A DNA stretch of 63,270 nucleotides, counting the filler, from Octopus bimaculoides (lineage: Eukaryota): assembly GCF_001194135.2 (NCBI RefSeq). It is 4 parts of 4 records of this genome, joined end to end, with 100 filler letters (N's around TTAATTAATTAA, not from the genome) between each part and the next. Parts side by side here need not be neighbours in the genome. Positions count along the whole stretch, not along the records: positions 1 to 22,581 come from NC_068988.1; positions 22,682 to 52,306 come from NC_068983.1; 2 more parts are not named here. One strand, given 5' to 3'. A program made the translations under genes and the position numbers. The notes under the pieces are model-generated. The model worked only from the letters and a program-made list of their open reading frames with translations. It searched no databases and was not told the origin of the DNA. Of this stretch, positions 11,747 through 23,559 are shown piece by piece; positions within the stretch are counted from its first letter, which is position 1, and every line of letters begins with the position of its first letter.

Positions 11747-12802
11747 ACCAAGGTGCCACATAAAAAGCATTGGTGTGGGTACTGGTGCCTTGTTAAAAGC
11801 ACCCAATACATTCTGTAAAGTGGTTATCATTCGGACGAACATCTAACTGTAGAAAAGCCAAAACAAACTATAGAACCTGTTGAGGCCCCTGGACTGGCCT
11901 ATTCCTGTCAAGCTATCCAGTCTATGCCGGCATGGAAATGGACATTAAATGATGCTTGATGATGACATACATACATACATACACATACGTATGTATATAT
12001 GTATGAAAAAGCACTGAATACATGCTGTAAAGTGGCTGGCATTAAGAATGGTATGCTGACTGTGGAACCATACCAAAGCGGATATCGGAGTACTATGTGG
12101 TCTTTGGACCCATCACATCCTGTCAAACTGTCCAACCCATGCAAGCATGGAACGCAGGCGTTCAATGAAATGATGATGATGATGATGACTTACATTCTTA
12201 TGCTACTACATTATGGCATCTATTTATATCATTGTACCTTATTTATGGTTTATATCAGTTAATATCGCTATGCAACCGTCTTATATAAAAGGGAATAGAT
12301 CAATAAATGATAATCTAGAAATGAAGCTAAAAGTTCAATCAATTCCAAATGCCATTTGGTCATATTAATCTAAAATACCACTATGTTAGGTCAATGTGAA
12401 ATACCAGAGGTCAGGTCAGACTGAATAAACAATAATAGGAAGAAAATTAATCAATATTCACTTGATAATGCCTTTTTCTATTATCAACAATGAGATTAAA
12501 ATGCTGCAAATTAATGCCAACTTTCTTTAAATACTGTACCAAAGTTATTATGTAATAAATTTCATATTTATTATTGAAAACACCCTACCCTCACTGTTCA
12601 AAGTTGCTGACAGCCAAGTTGATTGTTGCATTAAGCTGCTGGCCAATCCATTTATTCCTCCCTCACTGCTCTCTCCACCCATATATATATATACATATAT
12701 ATATCTATATATATATAAGCAATGTTAATTCTCTAAATGAAGTATTAACAGTAACTGCACGATAAAGTGAAGTATATTGCCACACTTAAGTGGCAATATA
12801 CT

Positions 12803-12840
<38 letters not shown>

Positions 12841-12847
<7 letters not shown>

Positions 12848-13220
12848 GTCTCGGGAGAGTCATTCTGTTTTAATGCCTTGTTAATTAACACACTCACCGG
12901 TTAAATTTTCACCCATTTAATATTTTCTTTCCTAAAATTTTCGTTGCTTTTTGCAACCTCTTCAATAGTTATTGACTCTGTCTGTCATCAGAGTTCTGTT
13001 CTTTTTGCTTTTTTGTTTGTGCACATGTGTGTACGTCAGTGTGCATGTGCTTACACATATGCATGTATGGATGGATGTATGTATGTATACATGCATGCAT
13101 GTATGTATATATGTATGCATGTATGCATATATATATGTATGCATATGTGCACGTTTGTATGTACTCTGCATGTTCATGTGTTTGTGTGTGCATATTTGTA
13201 TTTGTATGCATGTGTGTAGA
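12841..13220 (+). repeat. Dispersed repeat with (TG/TATG)-rich tail; inverted homologue at about 25080-25370
   Basis: TTGTGTCTCGGGAGAGTCAT...CACCGGTT...AAAATTTTCGTTG..TTTTGCAACC matches the reverse complement of 25240-25370. Confidence 0.6.
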
Positions 13221-13485
13221 GGGGGAATTTAAGGGAGAAGGGGAGAAAGTGGAAGAATGGAAGTTCTTTATTCCAGAAAGGGGTATTTGAGGGGGGAAGG
13301 GGAGGACTGATCGTTCAACATTGCAGAGAGTGTAAATTTAGGGGGTAAGGGGAGGAAGGAACATTCAACATTCGAGATAAGGGGAATTTAGTGGGGAAGA
13401 GGAGGAAGGATCTTCAACATTTCGTAGAGGGGAAATTTAGGGGGGAAAAGGGGATGAAGTGGAGAAAGGATCGTTCAACATTCCA

Positions 13486-13617
13486 GAGGCTCTGGTATGA
13501 AAACGAGGCTCTGGAATGAAAACGAGGCTCTGGATTGAAAACGAGGCTCTGGAATGAAAACGAGGCTTAGGATTGAAAACTAGGCTCTGGATTGAAAACG
13601 AGGCTCTGGAATGAAAA
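13486..13617. repeat. 19-bp minisatellite (GAGGCTCTGGA(A/T)TGAAAAC)n, at least 7 units, running into a gap
   Basis: Seven units read directly. It is preceded at about 13220-13485 by degenerate ~45-50-bp G-rich units ending in TTCAACATT. Confidence 0.9.
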
Positions 13618-14189
13618 NNNNNNNNNNNNNNNNNNNNNNNNNNNNNNNNNNNNNNNNNNNNNNNNNNNNNNNNNNNNNNNNNNNNNNNNNNNNNNNNNNN
13701 NNNNNNNNNNNNNNNNNNNNNNNNNNNNNNNNNNNNNNNNNNNNNNNNNNNNNNNNNNNNNNNNNNNNNNNNNNNNNNNNNNNNNNNNNNNNNNNNNNNN
13801 NNNNNNNNNNNNNNNNNNNNNNNNNNNNNNNNNNNNNNNNNNNNNNNNNNNNNNNNNNNNNNNNNNNNNNNNNNNNNNNNNNNNNNNNNNNNNNNNNNNN
13901 NNNNNNNNNNNNNNNNNNNNNNNNNNNNNNNNNNNNNNNNNNNNNNNNNNNNNNNNNNNNNNNNNNNNNNNNNNNNNNNNNNNNNNNNNNNNNNNNNNNN
14001 NNNNNNNNNNNNNNNNNNNNNNNNNNNNNNNNNNNNNNNNNNNNNNNNNNNNNNNNNNNNNNNNNNNNNNNNNNNNNNNNNNNNNNNNNNNNNNNNNNNN
14101 NNNNNNNNNNNNNNNNNNNNNNNNNNNNNNNNNNNNNNNNNNNNNNNNNNNNNNNNNNNNNTTCATAGAATGACATCTTGCCTCTTCTC

Positions 14190-14700
14190 CAAGCCTTAAG
14201 AATTTCAAGAGCCAGAAATCAACACGGAAAGTCATGGTGGTTACTTTTTAAGATGACGAAGGTGTCATTATTCTTGATTTTTTGGAACGTAGCAGAACCG
14301 TGAACAGCGGGAGGTGCAATAAAACGCTCAAAAACTTAAGAGAAGCTATTAGGAAGTAGTGACAAGAGTCTGAAAATGATTCACATTCACCTTGACAGTC
14401 ATCAACCATAAACACCTTTGGCAAAAATCAGACCTTCATTAAATTAGGCAGGTCAGTGCCACCCCCACCCCCATCCCTGCTGCACAGCTCGGATCTGGAG
14501 CTCAGCGATTTTCATCTGTGAGGTCCAATGAAAAACAGTCTTCGAAGACAATGATAATAAAGAAGCAGTGAAAGTGGGCTGTGAAGAAGTGGCTACAACA
14601 GTGAACACCTGAATTTTTTTCAAAGAGGATCTGAGAGTTAGGTTCAGCGAGGGAGCAAACGAATAATCATTTGTGATGGAAGCTATGTTGAGCACCATCT
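14190..14700 (+). mobile_element. Mariner transposase catalytic-domain relic
   Basis: Peptide KNFKSQKSTRKVMVVTF*DDEGVIILDFLERSRTVNS, plus a degenerate P-x-SPDL-x-x-SDFHL region (CACAGCTCGGATCTGGAGCTCAGCGATTTTCATCTG). Confidence 0.75.
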
Positions 14701-14812
14701 TTATAAAGAGGAAGAGTTACTATTCGAACGAACACGCGCAATTTGAACTACCCATGTCAATTAACACCCACTTTTGCATTACTTTCGATAGAATCCACAT
14801 GTATATGTGTGA

Positions 14813-14849
<37 letters not shown>

Positions 14850-17800
14850 CATATACATGCATATATGGGTACAGGACGCAAATAACATGAAATACGTAAA
14901 CAACGAGAAACAATGGAAAACAGGACAAGTAAANNNNNNNNNNNNNNNNNNNNNNNNNNNNNNNNNNNNNNNNNNNNNNNNNNNNNNNNNNNNNNNNNNN
15001 NNNNNNNNNNNNNNNNNNNNNNNNNNNNNNNNNNNNNNNNNNNNNNNNNNNNNNNNNNNNNNNNNNNNNNNNNNNNNNNNNNNNNNNNNNNNNNNNNNNN
15101 NNNNNNNNNNNNNNNNNNNNNNNNNNNNNNNNNNNNNNNNNNNNNNNNNNNNNNNNNNNNNNNNNNNNNNNNGCAGAGAAAGGACCTTTCATCAGTTGTC
15201 GGCTGTCTGTCTACTCCCCATTTCGAGCATTCAACGGCAATATGAGTGTTCAAAGGCATATAAAGGAAACCGAATGAAAACAAACATGGAGGGTCATTAG
15301 ACCAGAACGAGAGGAAAATAGTGAACGCTTTTTGAAAAGAGGAAAGATAGAAGAGAGAATATATAAAAAGTGGTTGTGTGGTAAGAAGCTTGCTTCCCAA
15401 CCACTTGATTCTGGGTTCAAAATTTTTAATAGTTTCTCAGTAGAATTTTAAGAAAACATCCTCGTTTCGAAGAAAAACCAGTTTCTATGTATGTTATACC
15501 TTGTTTTTCATAAGCTGTTTTATAGAAGAAAATTAAAGAAATTCTATGGATCCAGTATCTTAAAATCTTGATGTGATTGTAATAAATCGATGTCATTTTC
15601 GAATTTTATGCACCTCAAATGTTTTGACAAGAGACAAAATCTTTTGTTGGCCTGTGTTATCTTATCCTAAGCGTTAAAGACAATGACTGTCGGCAATGCT
15701 TGTACTGAAATTTTAAATCATTAACAACTTGTCCTACACAGCTAAGATTCTCACCTACACAGCCATGTAGTCTAGAAATAGGCAAAAGGAAGATCTTTGA
15801 TTTCGCAATGAGGCGGATGTTATTTCGGAATTTCCTTCTCCTCTAGGAGAAGTGTAAACAATTTCCTTCTCCTCTAGGAGATGTGTAAACAAAGACTAGA
15901 AGTTTCTCACTCCCAACTGTTGGATGATGGCTGATTCTATTGAGTTCATCTGTTCTTTGACAGGTTATTCTTTTACATGACCTACGAAATCCCATCCCAC
16001 CTTTCAAAGCAGGCTTTGTAAGGTTGCCGGTTTAGTCGCCGATAGTTTGATCATGGAACAGGTTGTACTGAGTTGCATGTTACCCTAGTAATGAAAGTAC
16101 ACCTACCTACCTACCTATCTACCTACCAACCTACATACCTACCTCCCTCCCTCCCTCCCTACCTACCTATCCACATACATACATACACATACATATGCAT
16201 ACGCGTGCACATATATATGTACATATATACACATACGTACGAGATGTTATTGAAAAGTTCCTGGCCTTAAGGGTGTCACGAAGGGCACAGAAAAATGAAG
16301 AATCCCTGCAATAAGTGTGTGAATCTGAGAGGGGGATATGTTGAATAAAATCATAATTGATTCATCTTCCTGTATTTTTTAAACCAAAGCCAGGATCCCA
16401 TCGTATGTGTGTTTGTTTCCTACAAATTTGCTTTCTACAAATAATTTTTCTTTTTTCCCTCGACCAGCTTTTGAAGCCCCTGAGGTCAGTTCAACTAGTC
16501 ATCGAATTCAGCTCTTTCTGTATCGACAATTAAAGTCACCCCTTAGATTTTCATCTTCTCAGAAGAGATCACGCAAGATGGATGTAGAAGACTGGAATGT
16601 AGATAACTCCTTAAGCGAAAGAGTGATGCCTTTTCAGTATTATATTCTTCCCAAACCCACTTCTTGTCATATTAGCGATGCAATATCCGCCACCCAAAAT
16701 GAAGCTACAACAGATTCCGCACCATCTAATTTGAAAAACTGGAGAATTGATTTTCTGCCGAAGATGATCATAATATATCTTGTGATATGGTTGTAATAAT
16801 AATAATAATAATAATAATAATCCTTTAAACCAATAAACAATAAAAAGAACTATAAGTGTTTTCAGCATTCTTGTTTCCATTGCGTTTCTTCAGTACCGAC
16901 CCGACGCAGCTACGTGTGTGATAAATTAATAGACTGGTCACAGGTTTAGTAACAAGAATTAGTTATATATATGATTCTTTTTTCGTTTTATTTTCTATAT
17001 GCCAATAAAAATAGACCCCTTCCAAACTTGTTGGCAGAATATGAAAATAATATTGATACCAAAGTTTTTCTTCTGGGATTTCGGGGACCCTGAAATCCCT
17101 GGAAATTTGGCTAAAAATGCACCCGGGAAATATCGGTGATCCCGACCGAATTATTTAAAAAGGAAGTATAAATTACAAGATTTCCTTTAAGTTCTTGCCC
17201 AATTAAAAAAGCAGTCTTTTGTGCCAATTAAAGATCGTTTACAAAGACATCATCATCATCATCATCATCTTTTAACGTCNNNNNNNNNNNNNNNNNNNNN
17301 NNNNNNNNNNNNNNNNNNNNNNNNNNNNNNNNNNNNNNNNNNNNNNNNNNNNNNNNNNNNNNNNNNNNNNNNNNNNNNNNNNNNNNNNNNNNNNNNNNNN
17401 NNNNNNNNNNNNNNNNNNNNNNNNNNNNNNNNNNNNNNNNNNNNNNNNNNNNNNNNNNNNNNNNNNNNNNNNNNNNNNNNNNNNNNNNNNNNNNNNNNNN
17501 NNNNNNNNNNNNNNNNNNNNNNNNNNNNNNNNNNNNNNNNNNNNNNNNNNNNNNNNNNNNNNNNNNNNNNNNNNNNNNNNNNNNNNNNNNNNNNNNNNNN
17601 NNNNNNNNNNNNNNNNNNNNNNNNNNNNNNNNNNNNNNNNNNNNNNNNNNNNNNNNNNNNNNNNNNNNNNNNNNNNNNNNNNNNNNNNNNNNNNNNNNNN
17701 NNNNNNNNNNNNNNNNNNNNNNNNNNNNNNNNNNNNNNNNNNNNNNNNNNNNNNNNNNNNNNNNNNNNNNNNNNNNNNNNNNNNNNNNNNNNNNNNNNNN

Positions 17801-18066
17801 NNNNNNNNNNNNNNNNNNNNNNNNNNNNNNNNNNNNNNNNATAGTATCTATATTAATTGTTATTGATGTATTTTCTAGGAATTCAATAGTTAAAAACTTT
17901 TATTAGGAAAGCTATTACAAATAAAGGTATTTAACACAGAAGTTGAATGCAACATCAATATAATTTGAAAAGAAAAATATAGTTTGTAAAATAATGAAAT
18001 GAAAGACAGTGCCTGGTATGCATTATTTACAATTGACGGATAGTTGTCCTCATCTTGTTTGTTGTT

Positions 18067-18112
18067 AATACAACGTTTCGGCTGATATACCCTCCAGCCT
18101 TTATCAGGTGTC
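18067..18112 (-). ncRNA. Minimal type-I hammerhead-ribozyme-like motif (Penelope type), core mutated
   Basis: Minus strand: GACAC-CUGAUAA-A-GGCUG(gagggtatat)CAGCC-GAAA-CGU-U-GUAUU. Stem II has 5 perfect bp, stem III is the palindrome ACGU, and G8 is changed to A. Confidence 0.55.
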
Positions 18113-18384
18113 TTGGGGAAATTTCGAACAACAGATAAGATGAGGATAAATATCCACCAATTGTAAATAATGTACATAATTCCTCATCTCTTAAATATAG
18201 AACAGTGTCTGGTATATTAAGTATTTCTTTAGATGAATATAAGTTTCAGAATCGCAAATATTTGAATAAAAATTTGCATTCATTTAGTAAATTCCAGAAT
18301 TTAAGAATGACAAAAATTTGTGAAGGTTTCTGGAGGTTTTAGAAACAAAACTTCAGAATTTAGTCGGGAGTTAAAAAAAAAAAA

Positions 18385-19090
18385 TTAGCGACATTCGTAA
18401 CTGATGAAGCATGTATCGTGGTTAAATTCGGTTATGTCGTTATGATTGAAAGTATCAAGTATATTAAGCACATGGACTTCTTTTGGCTGTTTGTGATGTT
18501 CATTACAACAAAGCTAATTTATCTAATGATTCTTGCAACGATGACGATGAGTTTCAAGATACATTTGAGGCTGATTATCAAAATGTAGATTCTGCAGTAA
18601 TGAATATGGTTAATAATTGTGATTTGCTGCAAGCTAAACATAGTGAAATAGATCCTACCGCAAAACTTTCCACTTAAGAAAATTTAAATATTGATAATGT
18701 CATTAAAAAAGTGAGCACATTGTCAGTTCATTTCTGCAGTCTCCCCCCCCCCCAAAAAAAAAAGAATAAAAGATATACTTTAGAGATATATTAAAGATCT
18801 TCATCATCACTTACAGTTAACCAGTGATACAATAATTTATTTGCCATGCTTGAACTATTTTTGATTTTTAAAAGCTGCATTGCAAAAGTTGTCCAATACG
18901 CAGTAAAAACCTACCACTTTTTAGACAATGAACTTATTGCTGCTCATAATATTGTTTCAGCACCGGAACCAATTACTATTGGACTTTTTAAAACAAAGTA
19001 ATCTACATCTACCGGAAGTAAATTGATATCTGCTGATATCAAGGTTTTATTCGAGAACTGAATCGAGAAAATATTCCAAAGTTTCTCTAT
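18385..19090 (+). mobile_element. hAT transposase relic (frameshifts and stops)
   Basis: Peptides VTDEACIVVKFG, YQVY*AHGLLLAVCDVHYNK (CxxH-region homologue), NVIKKV, NNLFAMLELFL and IVSAPEPI occur in the canonical hAT order. Confidence 0.7.
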
Positions 19091-19477
19091 CTGAGAGAAT
19101 GTGTTTAGAAAAGCTAATTTATCTAATGATTCTTGCAAAGATGACGATGATTTTGAAGATTCATTTGAGGCTAAACTACAAAGGAATAAAAATCTGATAG
19201 ATTTGATGAAGTATTTCGATAATTATTTAAAAAATTTTTGCTTCATTTGACTAATTTCATATATTAGTTTCAAATTTTGGCACAAGGCCAGTAATTTTAG
19301 GGGAGAAGGGAAGTCGACATCGCCCCCAGTGTTCAAAAGGTACTCATTTAATCGACCTCGGTAGCATTTGAACTCAAAACGTAATGATTTGAAAGAAATC
19401 CCGTCTAGTATTTTTTGTTTTGCGATCTAACATTTCTGCAAGCTCGTCGACTTTGACTCATTTCTAATATTGATATT

Positions 19478-19690
19478 GGTTTCAAATTTTGGCACAAGGC
19501 CAGCAAGTTCGGCAGAGGGGGTCGATTATATTGACCTCAGTGCTCGACTGGTACTTATTTTATCGACCACGAAAGGATGAAAGGCAATGTCAACCTCGGC
19601 GGAATTTGATCTTAGAACGTAACGATGGACGAAATGCCGCTATACATTTTACCCAGCGTGCTAACGGTTCTGCCAGTTCACCGTCCTTTA
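19478..19690 (-). mobile_element. SINE family 3 copy, tandem with a more diverged copy at about 19270-19450
   Basis: TTTCAAATTTTGGCACAAGGCCAG...GAAAGGATGAAAGGC..GTCAACCTCGG in this copy; the diverged copy shares the 5' block. Confidence 0.7.
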
Positions 19691-20693
19691 ACTCATTTCT
19701 GATATTTCTAATATTCTACTATTTGATTTCACTGCAAATATCGCAAAGAAATCAAATGAAAGAATTATATTACTTTTGTCAATAGAATACACTACTACTT
19801 ATTTCGAATTCGATCGGCCTTGCGTGAGCACGCTTGTGAGATTAACAGTAAGTCGGTGATAAAGACAAGGCTCGGAGCTTACCTGTTTTGAACACCTCAT
19901 CTTGTAATTTATTGTTTGTAATTTATTGTGTTGTAATTCATTCGATTTCATTATACACGTAAAATTTTATTATATCATCCGTTTGTATGTGACCTCGATC
20001 ATGTTGTATTGTCCCCTCTGCGTTGGCCCGCATGGGTAATAAAAAAAACCCCAGATCCTATAAAAATTCAGAACTTTCTCTATAAAAGGAAACGTGTTTA
20101 CTACAGAGAGTAAAGGTTGCCATTAAAAACAAATCTCTCGGAACGGTTGGAAACAGCTCCAGAGAACATTTGTAGGAAAATGTGATTTGCACTTGCTGGG
20201 TGCTTCACAATTCCATACATAGTTTATGGAAGGAAAAAGCGAGGACAAGATCTCTCTGAACAAATAACAATGATAATTTATTTCGTCTGAATAAACATCT
20301 CATCTCTGGATATCGATAGCCTGAACGCCTTGGTGTGGAAGCAGCAGGGTTGATAGTTAGACACGGAAATACGAATGTATTTTCACAGACTCACAACGTC
20401 GCTCGCCATCAGAATTCCAGCTCCACAGAGCTGGTCTTAGCTGCGTCCTGCCTGGTCAACAGCCGAGGCCGAAAAGAGTGAATGGCAGTCAAGCCTAGCT
20501 GCTGTTGATGATTTGCGCATGCGTAGAAGGGCCTTCCGTCAGATCTCTAGAAAGCTCTAATCCTATGCGCATGCGTGGATGAATGTTCCAAAATGGCGTC
20601 TAGAACCAGGCGTCACTACTCGTTCCAACATTTATGATGCAAAAGTTATAATCAAAGAAATGAAAGTGTGTAAAATTATTGGAAGCAGAAATA

Positions 20694-22440
20694 TTGGATC
20701 TTTATGATTTGACGGCCAACACTTGTTTTCTTAACGAAACACTTTCAAACTTGGGATACTGGTAGAACGTGTCATATAAAACATCTTTTTCTCTTAGCCT
20801 TCTTAACAAAAANNNNNNNNNNNNNNNNNNNNNNNNNNNNNNNNNNNNNNNNNNNNNNNNNNNNNNNNNNNNNNNNNNNNNNNNNNNNNNNNNNNNNNNN
20901 NNNNNNNNNNNNNNNNNNNNNNNNNNNNNNNNNNNNNNNNNNNNNNNNNNNNNNNNNNNNNNNNNNNNNNNNNNNNNNNNNNNNNNNNNNNNNNNNNNNN
21001 NNNNNNNNNNNNNNNNNNNNNNNNNNNNNNNNNNNNNNNNNNNNNNNNNNNNNNNNNNNNNNNNNNNNNNNNNNNNNNNNNNNNNNNNNNNNNNNNNNNN
21101 NNNNNNNNNNNNNNNNNNNNNNNNNNNNNNNNNNNNNNNNNNNNNNNNNNNNNNNNNNNNNNNNNNNNNNNNNNNNNNNNNNNNNNNNNNNNNNNNNNNN
21201 NNNNNNNNNNNNNNNNNNNNNNNNNNNNNNNNNNNNNNNNNNNNNNNNNNNNNNNNNNNNNNNNNNNNNNNNNNNNNNNNNNNNNNNNNNNNNNNNNNNN
21301 NNNNNNNNNNNNNNNNNNNNNNNNNNNNNNNNNNNNNNNNNNNNNNNNNNNNNNNNNNNNNNNNNNNNNNNNNNNNNNNNNNNNNNNNNNNNNNNNNNNN
21401 NNNNNNNNNNNNNNNNNNNNNNNNNNNNNNNNNNNNNNNNNNNNNNNNNNNNNNNNNNNNNNNNNNNNNNNNNNNNNNNNNNNNNNNNNNNNNNNNNNNN
21501 NNNNNNNNNNNNNNNNNNNNNNNNNNNNNNNNNNNNNNNNNNNNNNNNNNNNNNNNNNNNNNNNNNNNNNNNNNNNNNNNNNNNNNNNNNNNNNNNNNNN
21601 NNNNNNNNNNNNNNNNNNNNNNNNNNNNNNNNNNNNNNNNNNNNNNNNNNNNNNNNNNNNNNNNNNNNNNNNNNNNNNNNNNNNNNNNNNNNNNNNNNNN
21701 NNNNNNNNNNNNNNNNNNNNNNNNNNNNNNNNNNNNNNNNNNNNNNNNNNNNNNNNNNNNNNNNNNNNNNNNNNNNNNNNNNNNNNNNNNNNNNNNNNNN
21801 NNNNNNNNTGTATATTTTGTGTTATAGAACAGTTAAAATATTTTGTATTCGAAGTTATTTCATGCAAAAAATTGTCGTATTTCGGTAATTTCAACCAATC
21901 ACTGACGTCTATTGAGGTAAAAACAATTACTGCTATGAAGTATAAACAACATATTCTAGCGGTGTAATGATATCTTAGTGCCGTTGTTTGTCAACAAAAA
22001 CTATCGGCCTTACTGTTATTTATAACATCGTTCGTGCGTTTGTACGGGTTTTAGGGTTAGGGTTATGATTATTTTTGCCATAACCTCACTCATAACCCTA
22101 ACCCTAAAACCCTAGAACTCATAACCCTTACCCTAAAACCCTAGAACTCATAACCCTAACTCTAAAACCCGAACCCTTACTAAGGAATAACGATCTTGAC
22201 ACCGGCAAAATTATTGTTTACAAAAACAGCGGTAACTGTATTCAGCTGAATAGACGTCAGTGATTGGTTGAAATTACAGAAATACGACAACTTTAACATG
22301 AAATTACTTGTGATGTACAATTTTTTGTTAAGAAGGTTAAGAGAAAAAGATGTTTTATATGACACTTTCTATCAGTATTCCAAGTTTGAAAGTGTTTCGT
22401 TCAGAAAACAAGTGGTGCCCGTCAATTCAGAAAGATCCCA
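20694..22440. mobile_element. Palindromic non-autonomous element (long TIRs, TA-flanked) with a telomere-like (TAACCC/TTAGGG) interior; interrupted by a ~1-kb gap
   Basis: The left end TA|TTGGATCTTTATGATTTGACGGCC..AAACACTTTCAAACTTGG is inverse to the right end CCAAGTTTGAAAGTGTTT..GTCAATTCAGAAAGATCCCA|TA. Inner arms 21862-21915 and about 22245-22310 are also inverted. A half copy lies at about 51285-51552. It may be two copies joined across the gap. Confidence 0.7.
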
Positions 22441-22581
22441 TACTTCATTTATTTTGGATATATTTCCCAATTTCATAAAAAAAATAAAAAAAATTAGGCG
22501 TCATTTTCTTGGAGAGGTGCGTTTCTAAAGGAACGCCGACAATTGAAAATTCTTCAAGTGGTTGGAAGAAAACGAAAAAGA

Positions 22582-22681
22582 NNNNNNNNNNNNNNNNNNN
22601 NNNNNNNNNNNNNNNNNNNNNNNNNTTAATTAATTAANNNNNNNNNNNNNNNNNNNNNNNNNNNNNNNNNNNNNNNNNNNN
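22582..22681. other. Assembly linker: 44 N + TTAATTAATTAA + 44 N (similar linkers at about 52307-52406 and 61153-61252)
   Basis: An identical 12-mer is centred in a gap of about 100 nt three times; it gives stop codons in all six frames. Confidence 0.95.
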
Positions 22682-23239
22682 GAATATAAAATTGAAAAAT
22701 AATCATTGAATACTGAAAAAACATTCATCTCCCCTAACTTTAAACCCTAACTCTAAACCTAACCCCTAACCCTAATCATAATCCCTAACCCTTAATAAAA
22801 TATGGGAAAAGCTGGAGATAAATGTTTTGAAAACATTCTGAACTATCTTTCAGAATGGTTTACTTTTCAATGAAATATCATTTTGTTATTTTTCATGTTT
22901 TTATTCAATTTATCTGCAATTTTCTTCTTGTATTAGATGGATAACCCACCCTCCATTTACAGCAAGTAGCGAGCGTCTCGTTTTTTACCTGAGTGCTAAA
23001 TTCGACTACTTACGAATAACGCGTGCGCATGCGCAAATTTGTGACATGCACACTCCCAGAACTTGGACCCACACTTCTCCAGTAGTGCCAAATTTTGGAA
23101 CTGTGTTTGCACCCCCTAAGCAAATTTTGTTCCCGGGCCACTGTATATAAGTTCAAAAAAAGGAAAAAGACAAAGAACAACAACGTGAGGACATGATACA
23201 GATAGTGTTACTAGACGCTCGGGAAAGGAAAGAGAGAGA

Positions 23240-23274
23240 GTATGACGTTTCGAGCGGAGCTCTTCGTCGGAAAC
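23240..23274 (-). ncRNA. Second minimal hammerhead-like motif (Penelope type)
   Basis: Minus strand: GUUU-CCGACGA-A-GAGC(ucc)GCUC-GAAA-CGU-C-AUAC. G5, A6, G8, A9 and GAAA are intact, U4 is C, stem II has 4 bp, and stem III is ACGU. Confidence 0.55.
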
Positions 23275-23559
23275 ATGGAAAGTTCAAAGAAGGGGAAAAC
23301 GGAGGAAGAAAAAATCACCACCGATGTCCACGAGGTTACATTGTGGAAGGACCGGAAGGGGAAGTGGTGGAGGAAAAGTTCTTTCTAAGACAGGAGAGTG
23401 AAAGAGGGAGGTAAATATGTGTGCGTGCGCGGGGGTCCGTGTGTGTGTGTTATAATAACAGAACGTGTGTGTACGTATGTATGTATGTGTGTGTGACGTA
23501 GTGGAAGGAATTAGTAGCAGGAATAGTTTGGGAGTGGTTGTGGACAATACACACACACA

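Noticed and set aside
13486-13617. Regular short repeats as a possible CRISPR array
   Set aside because: The units are contiguous with no unique spacers, there are no cas genes, and the context is eukaryotic.
22626-22637. TTAATTAATTAA palindrome recurring at 22626, 52351 and 61197
   Set aside because: Always centred in a gap of about 100 nt and gives stops in six frames, so it is an artificial scaffold linker. Adjacency across these points is uncertain.
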